Assembly (NCBI RefSeq): GCF_902713615.1
Contig: NW_024055498.1
Span: forward strand, 1,578,527 to 1,642,526
DNA: 64,000 nt
Reading direction: 5' to 3'
Source of the DNA: Scyliorhinus canicula
Lineage: Eukaryota
Positions 12,213 to 24,666 of the stretch are shown here, in pieces (the first letter of the stretch is position 1; every line of letters starts with the position of its first letter). The notes beneath the pieces were generated by a model. The model did no database searches, had not been told where the DNA came from, and saw only the letters and a program-made list of their open reading frames with translations. A program made the position numbers and the translations under genes.

Positions 12213-13031
12213 ATGGAGAAACCGTGGAAATGTGGGGATTGTGGGAAGGGATTCAGAGTCCCATCTCAGCTGGAAATTCATCAACGCAGTCACACTGGGG
12301 AGAGGCCGTTCACCTGCTCAAAGTGTGGGAAGGGATTTACTCAGTTCTCCAGTCTGCAGACACATCAGCGAGTTCACACTGGGGAGAAGCCATTCACCTG
12401 CTCCCAGTGTGGGAAGGGATTTACTCAATTATATCACCTTCAGAGACACCTGCGAGTTCACACTGGAGAGAGGCCATTCACCTGCTCTCAATGTGGGAAA
12501 GGATTTGCTGAAGTATCCAACCTGCAGTCACACCAGCGAGTTCACACTGGAGAGAGGCCATTCACCTGCTCTCAGTGTGGGAAAGGATTTACTCAATTAT
12601 CTCACCTGCGGACACACCAGCGAGTTCACACTGGGGAGAGGCCGTTCACCTGCTCTCAGTGTGGGAAAGGATTTGCTGAAGTATCCAACCTGCGGAGACA
12701 CCAGCGAGTTCAGAATGGGGAGAGGCCATTCACCTGCTCTCGGTATGGGAACGGATTCACTCGGTTATCTCACCTGCGGACACACCAGCGAGTTCACACT
12801 GGGGAGAGGCCATTGATCTGCTCTCAGTGTGGGAAAGGATTTACTCGTTTATCCAACCTGTGGAGACACCAGCGAGTTCACACTGGGGAGAGGCCATTCA
12901 CCTGCTCTCAGTGTGGGAAAGGATTTACTGAAGTATCCAATCTGCGGAGACACCAGCGAGTTCACACTGGGGAGACGCCGTCCACCTCTCACTGTGAGAT
13001 GGGATTGCATATTTCATCGCACCAGCTGTGA
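12213..13031 (+). CDS. C2H2 zinc-finger protein ZF1 (9 fingers, 2 degenerate), no KRAB/SCAN/BTB domain seen
   Basis: MEKPWKCGDC...; TGERPF linkers; finger 6 ends HQRVQ and finger 7 has CSRY. Exon acceptor ttcttccAG at 11860-11861. Confidence 0.85.
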   Translation: MEKPWKCGDCGKGFRVPSQLEIHQRSHTGERPFTCSKCGKGFTQFSSLQTHQRVHTGEKPFTCSQCGKGFTQLYHLQRHLRVHTGERPFTCSQCGKGFAEVSNLQSHQRVHTGERPFTCSQCGKGFTQLSHLRTHQRVHTGERPFTCSQCGKGFAEVSNLRRHQRVQNGERPFTCSRYGNGFTRLSHLRTHQRVHTGERPLICSQCGKGFTRLSNLWRHQRVHTGERPFTCSQCGKGFTEVSNLRRHQRVHTGETPSTSHCEMGLHISSHQL

Positions 13032-13494
13032 CACCAACAATTTCACAATCGATTACAGGGGTTGGATTCTGCTGTTATTGTTTCTACTCTACAGCCAGGA
13101 CTGCATTTTGTTCATTCTGACAGGTGGTCAGTGGGGATGGTCGGAGGGTTTCTTTCTGCTGGACTGGCCGGTCTCACCACTTTGCCTCCAGTGGGCTGAT
13201 TCTCTTTGAGCTTTGTTGCTAATACCTGGTTTCAAATTGCACAAGGATCTCCGAGTGAAAGGGTGTTTGGTAGTGTGAAGATATTTAGTTTCCATTTCTG
13301 TTTCAAACCCTCCAAGCATGCCATGTTGCCATGGAGATGGGCCCTGGTGGTTACCTGGTTCTTTTGTTTAAGTTATCTGGGTGTTCCTCACATCAGAAAA
13401 CTATCAGGGTATGAGCAGCAAGTTGTCTGAGGTGGATTGGGAAACTGATTGGTACAGGGAATACCTAATATTTAAGGAATTATTACATATTTAT

Positions 13495-13730
13495 CAGGGG
13501 GTCGGTCAGCTCAGTTGGCTGGACGGCTGGTTTGTGATGCAGAGCGAGGCCAACAGTGAAGATTCAACTCCCGTATTGGCTGAGTTGATTCATGAAGGCC
13601 CGCCCTTCTCAACCAGGCCCCTCGCCTGAGGTGTGCTGACCCTCGGGTTAAATCACCTCCAGTCAGTTCTCTCTCTGTCAAAGGGGAGAGCAGCCTATGC
13701 TCCTCTGGGATTTTTGCAACTTTTATTTCA
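13495..13730 (+). mobile_element. Additional tRNA-headed SINE-like repeat; related partial copy ~8885-9000(-)
   Basis: Head AGCTCAGTTGGCTGGACGGCTGG...GATTCAACTCCC. Body CCTCGCCTGAGGTGTG.TGA.CCTC matches the reverse complement of 8915-8990. Confidence 0.6.
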
Positions 13731-15484
13731 CATAAATGCAACAAATATAGATTCCTTTAAAGAATAAAAATCCAACAGGAAAAGTGATGGAACCATGGCT
13801 AACAAGAAAAGTTAAAGATTCATTAGATCCATTAGAATTCAGCAAAGGAGGACCAAGAAACTGATGAGAGCAAACTGGTGAGAAACATAAAAACCGACTG
13901 GAAAAGCTTTGACAGGAATGTGAAAAGGAAAAGATTAGCAAAGACCAATGTGGGTCCATTCCAGGCAGAAACAGGAGAGTTTATAATGGGGAGTAAAGAA
14001 ACGGCAGAGAAACTGAACAATGTGTGTCTGTCTTCACGGAGGAAGATGCAAAAATTTCCCCAAAACCCGAGAGACCCAAGGGGCTCGTGAGCACAAGGAA
14101 CAGTAAGAGATGAGAATTAGTGAAAAAGTAGTACTGGAGAAATTAATGGGGTTGGAAGTGAATAAATCCCCAAAAGCTGATGATCCACATACCAGAGTGC
14201 TGAACGAGGTGGCTGTAGAGATCTCTATTCCTCATTCTAAATTCTCCTGACTCTATCTGGAATGGACAAACTTTTCCTTTTTACATACCTATAGAAACCT
14301 TTACCATCCATTTTTATGTAATTTGCTGTTTCACATTCATATTCTATTCTCCCTCGCTTTCTCGGTGTCTTGGTCTTTTGCTCTATTATAAAATCGTCCC
14401 AATCCTCAGGTTTATTCCTATTTCTGATAACTTTATCAGCCTTTTCTTTCAATCTTTTACAAAACTTCACTTCCTCTGGTAGTCAGTTCTCTGACCTTTT
14501 GGGGTTCTTGTGCTCTGAAGGAAAGTAAACTGTGTAATAATTATTGAAAGTCTATCCATTGCCTGTGGACTGTCATATTTTAATTTATTTACCCCAATCC
14601 TCCTCAGCTAATTTGTCCCTTCAACCTTCATAACTTCCTTCAAGCTTAGTACCCTGGCTTCAGATTGGAATACCTCATATTCAATATTCTGGTCACTCAT
14701 CCCTAAAGGTTGTTTTCAGCGCGATTATCAATTAGCCCTTTATCATTGCATCATACTAGATCTACAAGAGCCTGTTCTCTAGTCGGTTCCTCAACATTAC
14801 TGCTGTAGATAACTGTCCCGAACACACTTCAGAAACTTGTCCTCCACAGCATCAGTGGCCATTAGGTTTACCCAGTCTATATGCAGATTGAAGTCACCCA
14901 TTACTGTTTTACCCATGCTACATTCTTCTCTAATCTCCGATTAATACCATGTCCCACACAACCCCTACTGTTTGGTGGCCTATAACAGCTCTTACCAATG
15001 TTTCCTGACCCATGCTGTTTCTTGTCTCCACCCAAACATATTCCACGTTTTGTATTCCTGATCTGAGATCCACCCTTACTAATGTTCTGATGTCGTCCCT
15101 TATTATCCGAGCAACACCACCTCCTTTTCCTTTTTGCCTGCATCATCAGCAAACTAAGCGACCATACCTTTGGTACTGTCATCAAAGGCATTGATATAAA
15201 TTGTAAAACGTTGAGGCTCCAGCACTGATGGATGTGACACATCACTCATTACATCTTGCCCACCAGAAAATGGCCTATTTGTGCCTCCTCTCGGTTTTCT
15301 GGCAGCTGGCTAATCTTTCACTGTGAAAGACAATTCTGGGATTAAAGGCTGCCAGACTGTGAAAAGGACGCAAGTAAATCCTGGGGAATGACTCATTACT
15401 TCGGACTGGTTCTGAGATAATTCAGTTTCGACTTGCAGGGCAAAGTAACTATAATCGTGCAGTTCGAATTTAGATTGCGTAACT

Positions 15485-15790
15485 GTGGTATGGTAGCACA
15501 GTGGTTAGCACTGGTGCTTCACAGTGCCAGGGCGCCAGGTTCAATTCCCACTTGAGCCACTGTTGTACAGTCTGCACGTTCTCCCTGTGTCTGTGTGGGT
15601 TTCCTCCGGATGCTCCGGTTTCCTCCCACAAGTCCCGAAAGGTGTGCTTGTTAGATGAATTTGGCATCCGGAATTCTCCCTCTGTGTACTCAAACAGGTG
15701 CTGGACTGTGGCAACTAGGGGCTTTTCACAGTATCTTCATTGCAGTGTTAATGTCAGCCTACTTGTGATGATAATAAAGATTATTATTAT
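15485..15790 (+). mobile_element. SINE with the same head/core but a second tail type (CTAGGGGCTTTTCACAGTAACTTCATTGCAGTGTTAATGTAAGCCTACTTGTG..ATAAAGATTATTATT). Further copies ~6945-7215(-), 9265-9547(-), 18527-18680(+, partial), 47725-47975(-), 50478-50787(+)
   Basis: Direct comparison of copies within the window. Confidence 0.85.
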
Positions 15791-16727
15791 TAAAAAGAGC
15801 AAAGTTCTATGTGTAGGTTAATGTACCTTTTAGTTTGTTGCATTAAAAGTCATAACACGTGAAGTCCCGCCGTGTGATTCTTTAATTTGTTGACTGGGAA
15901 TTCAATTTTTAAAAAATAATTTGCTGACCTTTATGCAGGTCCTAAGCCACAAATTGCTTCCATCGTGCACCTTTCTGTCTCTATTGTTCGTGTCACTGAC
16001 AGCCAGGTGATGGAGCTGAGGGCTGAATTTAGCTGAGAGTAAAGGAGCCTGTGCACGAATAGAGAGGGGAAGGTGCTGGAGGACTGACTGGGAAATGAAT
16101 CTCCAACTAATCAGGGGTGGGGGGGTTTCGGCGACCACAGTTTACATACAGAAAAATCCCGGAGTTCCCCTCGGGGAAGTGTGTGTAAAGGCCACAATGT
16201 TACAGAAATTCAAGTAAACAGGTTGCAAGGAGAAAGAGTATAATAGAAATGTTTGCACCGAGCAAGAGAAAACTATAAAGCTACAAAAGGAAGAACCTTA
16301 TTGATTGTCATGATGGGGAATGTAGACAGAGGGAGGCAACGCAGAGAAGATATGAATAACTTTAATAAACTTTATTCAACAGTAATGTCACTTACACACA
16401 TTAAAACAAAGGACCTCCAATAGAAACAGATTCTCAGAGGTCAGACTGAGGATAAGATTGGACATGAAGAGATAAATAATCCGAAAGGACAGACAATGTA
16501 TATTCTCGACACTGAGCCAGAGGGTCAGGAGATGGACTAAATACAAAGACATTCTTAAGTTTTTAAGGAAGAGAGGAGATATTCAGTTATAAACCATGAG
16601 AAACGCGGTGACCATATCACACAGACTGACTAAAGACTGACATCATTTACCAGGTTAATTAATGGGTTCATGTGTTCCACTTTGATAAATAAATAACCAG
16701 AGTGTGTTGACAAGTTAAGAACACGTT

Positions 16728-17347
16728 GAGCAAATTCTTCGGGATAGAGGACAAATGCGCTAGGAGGACCAGCGAGCCACGTGCACATGTTTTGGGCATG
16801 CCCTCAGCTGAGGGGGTACTGGGAGGGATTTGCGGGGGTCAGGTCTCGGGTGCTAAAAACAAGGGTGGTGATGAGTCCAGGGGTGGCAATTTTTGGGTTT
16901 CGGAGGACCCGGGGTCCAGGGGGAGAAAGAGGCCGCTGTTTTGGCCTTTGCTTCCCTGATAGCCCGGCGACGAATATTATTGGCGTGGAGGGACTCAAAG
17001 CCCCCGAAGACTGAGTGGTGGCTTGCGGACATGTCGAGTTTCCTGGGTATGGAGAAAATTAAGTTCGCCTTGAGGGGATCTGTGCAGGGGTTCGCCCGGA
17101 GATGGCAACCATTTATTGACTTCTTTGCGGGAGAGTGAGCGTCAGCAGGGGGTGGGGGGTAGAGTACAGTAGGAGGGAAAATATGGCGGGTAGTACCGGT
17201 GGGAGAGGAGCGGGCTTGTGCAATATGTTACGATTGAAGTATTGAAAGTACGTGGATGTTTGCACATTTTTGCCTATTTTGCTTTCTTTCGATGATGTCT
17301 GTAACTGTTTATAAAGCCAAAAACTACCTCAATAAAATTGTTTATTA
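16728..17347 (+). mobile_element. 5'-truncated L1-clade 3' end with 11-bp TSD
   Basis: HMFWACP..L..YW...AFASLIARRRILL.WR..RRWQPF matches the ORF2 C-terminus at 33718-34100. AATAAA near the end; AAGAACACGTT duplicated at 16717-16727 and 17348-17358. Confidence 0.9.
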
Positions 17348-17739
17348 AAGAACACGTTACTAAAGTCGAAAAGGATCAATATAAAATCTCGGTGTTCCTG
17401 AGCAGGTCTACCTTTGAGCAGATTGATCAGATTAGAATAACGTGCTCACTGATCTTTCTGATGAGACCTCCCGTCAGTATCCAGTAATCTCATGGTCTCT
17501 GTCTGGAATGGGTTAGGTGATAGAAATAAAAACATTGAACAAATATCTCATTGTTTCTTATTTTCCGAGCTCGTATTAAGTGTTATGGATAATTCGGTAA
17601 AAACACGTGGTATATTTAGATTTTAGGGAGCAACACTGTAACAATTTGAAATGAAATCCAGGATCTCTGATCATTATGAATTCCATTATCAGAAGCTGTG
17701 TTTCCGGACAGCACACACAGACACCCTCTGTACAGTGTG

Positions 17740-19600
17740 AACTTACTGAGGAGTCAAAGGTTTAAACGACTGAGTGAATCCCTTCCCACTCAGAGCAGTG
17801 AACAGTCTCAGCTCAGTGTGAACTTTCATCAGGTCAGTTGAAACATTTCCACACATGGAGAAAGTGAATGACTGTCCAACAGCAGACTGTGTGACTGAGT
17901 GAATCCCAACACACACATAGAGCAGACGGTTGGCCTCTCCCCAGTATGAATACACTGGTGTCTCAGAAGGGTGCATGTCTAATTGACTCTCCTCCCACAC
18001 TCTGAGCATGAGATGGCCTCTTCCCAGTGTGAGTGCAATGGTGAACTGTGAGGGGAGATGTTTGCCTGAATCCAGTCCCACAGTGAGAGCACCTGAACTC
18101 CCTCACATCGGTGAACACGTCAATGGGAGATAATTTCCTCGGAAAGTTTACAGCACTTCCCGCAGTCTGGGCATTTAATAGGTCACTCATCAGTGTGAAC
18201 TGCCTGATGTCTCACCAGGTTGGACAAGTGAGTAAATCCCATCCTACACTTGGAACAGGTGAATGGCCTTTCCCCAGTGTGAAGTCGCTGGTGGATCAGC
18301 AGGTAGGATGAACGAGTGAATTGTTTTCCTCACACAGAACAACTGACTGGTTTCTCCCCAGTGTGAATGCACCGATGTATCCGCAATTAGGATGACTGAA
18401 TAAATCTGTTCCCACATTCAGAGCAGGTGAATGGCCTCTGCCCAGTCTGAATTCTCTGGTGTCTGAAGGCAGGATGCGATACTGAATCCTTTCCCACATT
18501 CAGAGCAGGTGAATGGCCTCTGCCCAGTTTCCTCCCACAGTCCAATTACGTACTTTAGACAGTCTGAATTCTCCCTCATTACACCCAAACAGGCGCTGGA
18601 ATGTAGCGACTAGGGGCTTTTCACAGTAACTTCATTGCAGTGTTAATGTAAGCCCACTTGTGACAATAAGGATTATTTAAAAATTCCCACAATCTGGACA
18701 TTTAAAAGGTCTCATCAGTGTGAACCTTCTGGTGTGTCAGTAAGTGTGATGAACAAGTGAATCCCTTCCCACACTCAGAGCAGGTGAACGGCCTCTCTCA
18801 GTGTGAGTGCCCTGATGTACAGTGAGGTCAGATGATCGTTTGAACCCAGCCCCAATGGGAGAGCAGCTGAATGATCCTTCATCAGTGTGAATACGTTGAC
18901 GGGACTTCAGTTCCCAGGAGATTCGACAGCACTTCTCACAGTCCAGGCATTTAACGGTGTCTCCCCAGTGTGAATCCGCTGGTGTCTCAGCAGGTTGGAT
19001 GACTGAGTGAATCCTTTCCCACAATGAGGGCAGGTGAATGGCTTCTCTCCAGTGTGAATTCGCTGGTGAACCAGCATAGCTGATGCACAAGTGAACCCCT
19101 TCCCACAATTGGAGCAAGTGAATGGCTTCTCCCCAGTGTGAATGCGTTGGTGTGTCCTCAGTTGGGATGGGGTAATAAATCCTTTCATACAGTTAGAGCA
19201 GGTGAATGGTCTCTCCCCGGTGTGAACTCGCTGGTGTTGAGTGAGGTTAAATGATCGCCTGAACCCAGTCCCGCAGTGAGAGCATCTGAACGGTTTCTCG
19301 CAGTGTGAACACGTTGATGGGACTTCAGATCCCCAGAACTTTTATAGCACTTCCCACAGCCTGAGCATTTAAAAGGTCTCTCATCAGTGTGAATCCGCTG
19401 GTGTCTCAGCAGGTTGGATGACTGAATGAATCCTTTCCCACACTGAGAGCAGGTGAACGGTCTCTCCCCAGTGTGACTGCGCTGATGTTTTAACAGGTCA
19501 GATGATTGTCTGAATCCTCGTCCACACACAGAACACGTGAACGGTTTCTCCTCACTGTGAACGGTGCTTTTCTCTTCCATGTTCAAAATCTGATGATATT
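17740..19600 (-). pseudogene. C2H2 zinc-finger pseudogene ZF2 (multiple frameshifts, SINE insertion at ~18527-18680)
   Basis: Finger repeats continue across three reading frames (19185-19586, 18907-19188, 18737-19117) and decay toward 17750. Confidence 0.85.
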
Positions 19601-20939
19601 CAGGTGATGATAAATTGGCGACTTTTCCAATGTCCTGTCAAACTGATTTAAAACAGAAAAAAGGGAGTGAAAGAGAACGCACATAAACACAAAGAGAGAG
19701 AGCGACGTGGAGCAGCAGGGTTGAAGGGGATGAAGTTTATACAGCTACAACTCGACAAAAGTCTGCCAACCATCAACATGAACCACCCAAAAGGACTGGG
19801 ATAGCAGGTATATATTAATAATAATAATCTTCCATATTGAACATCGTCATCTTGTGTTTCCCCTCCAGGTAACATACCGTCCTGACTAATCAGATATCCA
19901 GTACTGGATAAGCAGAAATTTCCTCTCTCAATTTAATTATTGACAAGACTGAAGCCTTGTCTTCAGTCCCAGCTATAAACTCCACTCCCTCACCAGTGGC
20001 TCCATCCCTCTCCCTGGGAACTGTCTGAATCAGACGGTTCACAACCTCAGTGTCACCTAAATATGGGTTTCCAACCACATCATAACCAAGACCGTTTATT
20101 TCCACCTCAGTGCTCGTCTCTCTCTCGCTGTGTAATTTCCTCTCTGCCCTTGACTCACTCTCTCTCTCTCTTATCTCCCCCCTGCTCGTCTTTCTCTTGT
20201 TAGTGAAAGGGCAGGGAAGTGGAAGAAGCTAATTTGCTCTTTCAGAGAGCTAGCACAGGCAAGACAGGCTGAATGGCCCCGACCCCTGTCTGTATTGTAA
20301 TCACTCAATGATTCAATGAAAAAAGACTTACACTGGAGGCGATGGACCAGATTCTTCCTCCGGACCCACCCTGCTACAAACTGCCTCTTAATTGGTCTGT
20401 CTGTGTTTCCATGAGCGACGCTTGCAATAAAAAAATCAAAATACTGCAGTTGCTGGAAAGCTGAAATAAAAAGTGGAAATGCTGGAAACACTCAGCAGGA
20501 TCTGTGGGGAGGGAAACAGATTTCACATTTTCACTTTGTGCAGAATGAACTGCAGGGAACAAAAATGGTCAATATAAGCTCAGAAGTGGAAGAGAAATGC
20601 ATTATGCCACAGGAAAAGCAATTCCTGACTCTGAAAGGTGCAGTGAGATGGTCGGGGGATGAGCAGTGATGGAAACCTCATGAAAAATGAAAATGAAAAT
20701 CGCTTATTGTCACGAGTAGGCTTCAATGAAGTTACTGTGAAAAGCCCCTAGTCGCCACATTCCGGCGCCTGTCCGGGGAGGCTGGTACGGGAATCGAACC
20801 GTGCTGTTGGCCTGTTTGGTCTGCTTTAAAAGCCAGCGATTTAGCTGAGTGAGCTAAACCAGCCCCTAGCTAAACCAGCCCCTGGTTTAGACATTTAGAC
20901 ATGGTCGATGGAAGTAACAATAACATTTAAAAAAAATTA

Positions 20940-21570
20940 ATGTACAGGATGCTGGTTAGGCCAGCATTTATTGTCCATCCTTAGATGCCCTTCAGAAAGT
21001 GGTGCTGAGTTGCCATCTTGAACTGCTGCAGTCCTGGGCGTGTAGGTACATGCACTGTGCTGTTAGGGAGGGAGTTCCAGGATGTTGCCCCAGCGACAGG
21101 AGGAGCGGCGATATATTCCCAGCTCAGGGCGGTGAGTGACTTGGAGGGAAGCCTCCAGGTGGTGGGGTTCCCAGGTATCTGCTGCTCTTGTCCTTCTAGA
21201 TGGTAGTGGTCGTGGGTTTGGAATGTGTTGTCTAAGGAACCTTGGTGAGTTACTGCAGTGCATCTTGTAGATGGTACACACGGCTGCCACTGTTAGTTGG
21301 TGGTGGAGGGTTTTAATGTTTGTGGAAGGGGGGCAATCAAGCGGGCTGCTTTGTCCTGGATGGTGTCGAGCTTCTTTAGTGTTGTTAGAACTGCGTTCAT
21401 GCAGGAAAGTGGAGAGTATTCCATTACAGTCCTGACTTGTGCCTTACAGATGATGGACAGGCTTTGAGGGGAGTCAGGTGGTGAATTACTCGCCGCAGGA
21501 TTCCTGGCCTTTGACCTGGCAGCCACATTATGAATGTGGCTAGTCCAGTTCAGTTTCTGATCAATGGAAC
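20940..21570 (-). mobile_element. CR1/L2-group LINE 3' fragment of a separate family
   Basis: KAQVRTVMEYSPLSCM...TTLKKLDTIQDKAARLI is typical of the thumb region of CR1/L2-like RTs. Confidence 0.65.
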
Positions 21571-22271
21571 CATGCTAAATATATTTAAAATATGTTAAAA
21601 CTCATTCATTACTGGAGACAGAGAACAATGGTGGAAGGTGATTCGGGAGAGCAGGGGTAAAGCAGATGGAGATGGATTCAGGCCCAGAGTAAATAACAGA
21701 CCCACAAATCTTTGGAGGCGTGGGGCACGATGTCCCAGGAGGGAGAGAGAGATCCAGAGAGCAGAATTCACTTCTTTTCCTTGACTTCTCTACTTATCAT
21801 CTGGGTCCCTGCAAATCAGGGAAATGGACGGTCAAATTCCCTAGATCAAAGACTAATCCAGTTTTATGGACAGGTTGTCTCCATTCTGAACAATGGGGAA
21901 CAACCTCCTCCCAGTCATTCAAAATGTTGCCCTTACACAGATGGCGGCCGGACATGCACCTTGCTGCATCTTGCCCACCAGAAAGATTGAGGCTCCAGTC
22001 GTCGGCTAAACATTCTCCAAGGTGGCCTTCAAGACACAGGACAACAAGGGCAGCATGACAAGCAGTTAGCACTGGGACTGCAGCGCTGAGGACCCAGGTT
22101 CAAATCATGGCCCTGGGTCACTGTCCTTGTGGAGTTTGCACATTCTCCCCGTGTCTACATGGGTTTCAGCCCACAACCCAAAGATGTGCAGGTTAGGTGG
22201 ATTGGCCAGGCTAAATTGCCCCTTAATTGGGAAAAAAAATAATTGGATACTCTAAATTTATTTTTTAAAAG

Positions 22272-22845
22272 ACACAGAGACAACCCAAAATTGCCGAGCA
22301 GAAACTGGTCATCAGACTCTGCTCACATGAGGCCGGCCTGAACCGGGATCTCGGGTTCATATCACATTACATGTAACTCCGACCATACTGCCCGGGTTTA
22401 CAGAATCCTACTCACTGTCCTGGTTTGAGACAATTCACACCTCGATTACCTGTGATTATCCCTCACTCCTCTCACTCTGTTTGTTCCTATAGAGACTGTC
22501 ATTCCAGTCTGTAATGAATGAATTAAAATCACTTATTGTCACAAGCAGGCTTCAATGAAGTTACTGTGAAAAGCCCCTAGTCGCCACATTCCGGAGCCTA
22601 TTCAGGGAGGCTGGTACGGGAATTGAACCCGTGGTGCTGGCCTGCCTTGGTCTGCTTTAAAAGCCAGCGATTTAGCCCAGTGTGCTAAACCAGCCCTGTT
22701 TGATTATCTGGCAATTGTGTCTCTGCCTATATATACTATGTTTGTGAACCTGCCTCCACTTCACCTGAGGCAGGATCACCGCTCCGAAAGCTTGTGATTT
22801 CCAATAAACCTGTTGGGCTTTACCCTGGTTTTGTGAGACTTCTCC
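22272..22845 (+). mobile_element. Older Penelope-like 3' fragment with degenerate hammerhead, interrupted by a SINE
   Basis: EQKLVIRL..GLNRDLGFISHY matches the C-terminus of 24676-26190. Hammerhead-like CAC CTGAGGC A GGATC ACC GCTCC GAAA GCTT GTG at 22762-22796. Confidence 0.75.
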
Positions 22846-23079
22846 CTGGGCTTAAACCCAGCTCAGAGGCGGCATCTCCACCCCTGCCCCACCAGAAAGG
22901 TGGCGTCAAACAAGGCCCACCACGAGAAGTTGTGGCTTTGATCAGCGTAAATATGGGGACTGGGAAGTTATTTCTCATAGTTTCAGCTTGAAAAGGATGT
23001 TTTGATGCCTCTCCACCAACCTGGCAGATCTGTCCTCCCGGAGCACCGCCAACTCCCCCAGAACCGACCGCGGCCCCGA

Positions 23080-23375
23080 GACAGCTCAGCCCCGCCCCTC
23101 ATTGTCTCCGATTGGCTGGAGGACCAGCCTCTCCCACACGGTTCTCCAGCCCCGCCTCTCATTCACTCCGATTGCTTGGAGGACCAGCCTCTCCGATTCG
23201 GTCCTGCAGTCCCGCCCCCACTTTCTATTGGTCGCGAACCGCCGTCAATCATGCCCAGGGAGCTGGAGCATGCGTGGTGCAGCTGCCAGGGCTGAACATT
23301 ATTGCGCATGCGCGGAGTCGAGGCCTTTGGCGGAAGGAGCCGGAGAAGCGGAGTCAGCGTCAGGCGGTGGGTGGG
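23080..23375 (+). promoter_or_regulatory. CpG-rich promoter and probable non-coding exon 1 of ZF3
   Basis: Three 60-bp-period units (starting 23087, 23147, 23207), each with a GC box and an ATTGG-type CCAAT box (second box reads ATTGC). NRF1 TGCGCATGCGC 23303-23313; candidate donor GCG|GTGGGT at 23367. Confidence 0.7.
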
Positions 23376-24666
23376 AGGATTTGGAAACACTTTGTGGATC
23401 CGCAAACCCTTCACCATCATTGTCAGCTCCCTGGGTTGCAGCTGCGGAGCTCAGATCAATGAGGACTCTGATCTCTGGCAAGGAAGGAAATTCCCAGACA
23501 GCAGTGGAAGCTGCTTCATTAAATATATTCAAGGCTCAGTTAGATCCGAAAGGCAGTCAAAGGTTATGGGTGACAGGAAGAAAATGAAGTTTATGGTCAC
23601 AATCCGATCAGCCATGATCTTATTAAATAGTAAGAAGTCTTACAACACCAGGTTAAAGTCCAACAGGTTTGTTTCAAACACGAGCTTTCGGAGCACGGCT
23701 CCTTCTTCAGGTGAATGGAAAGGCTTGTTCCAGAAATGTTTATATAGACACAGTCAGAGATGCCCCGGAATGCGAGCACCTGCAGGCAATCAAATCATCA
23801 AAGATGCAGAGAGAGAGGTAACTCCAGGTTAAAGAGGTGTGAATTGTCCCAAGCCAGTTCAGTCGGTAGGCCTCTGCAAGTCCAGGCTTGTTGGTGGGGG
23901 CCGAATGTAATGCGACATGAATCCCAGATCCCGGTTGAGTCCGCATTCATGCGTGCGGAACTTAGCTATAAGTTTTTGCTCAGCAATTTTGCGTTGTCGC
24001 GTCTCCTGAAGGCCTCCTTGTAGAATGCTGACCCGGAGATCAGAGGCTGAATGTCCTTGACTGCTGAAGTGTTCCCCAACTGGAAGGGAACAGTCCTGCC
24101 TGTTGATAGTCGCACGATGCCCGTTTATTCGTTGTCGCAGTGTCTGCATGGTCTCGCCAATGTACCACGCTTCGGGACATCCTTTCCTGCAGCGTATGAG
24201 GTAGACTACATTGGTCGAGTCGCACGAGTATGCGCCGCGTACCTGGTGGGTGGTGTTTCCACGTGTAATGGTGGTGTCCATGTCGATGATCTGGCATGTC
24301 TTGCAGAGATTACCCTGGCAGGGTTTTGTGGTGTTGTGGTTGCTGTTCTGAAGGCTGGGTAATTTGCTGCAAACAATGGTTTGTTTGAGGTTGCGCGGTT
24401 GTTTGAAGGCCAGTAGTGGGGGTGTGGGGATGACCTTGGCAAGATGTCCATCCTCGCTGATGATGTGTTGGAGGCTGCGAAGAAGATGTCGTAGTTTCTC
24501 CGCCCCAGGAAAGTACTGGACGACGAAGGGTACTCTGTCAGTGGTGTCCCGTGTTTGTCTTCTGAGGAGGTCGGTGCGGTTTTTTGCTGTGGCGCGGTGG
24601 AACTGTCGATCAATGAGTCGAGCGCCATATCCCGTTCGTACGAGGGCATAGCCCTCGTACGAACGG

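Noticed and set aside
12133-12816. Alternative-frame ORFs over ZF arrays (also 12224, 27233-27796, 41801-42967, 46837)
   Set aside because: Shadow frames of the 84-bp finger repeat ([14 protein letters not shown] pattern); no independent evidence.
20430-20540. Second family of hammerhead-associated pLTR fragments (also ~40190-40255, 51330-51420)
   Set aside because: They resemble a common shark repeat as recalled, but no intact CTGANGA/GAAA core is visible here, so no ribozyme is called.
21690-22060. Overlapping 90-112-aa ORFs as a possible small gene or L1 relic
   Set aside because: No convincing motif, splice structure or homology within the window.
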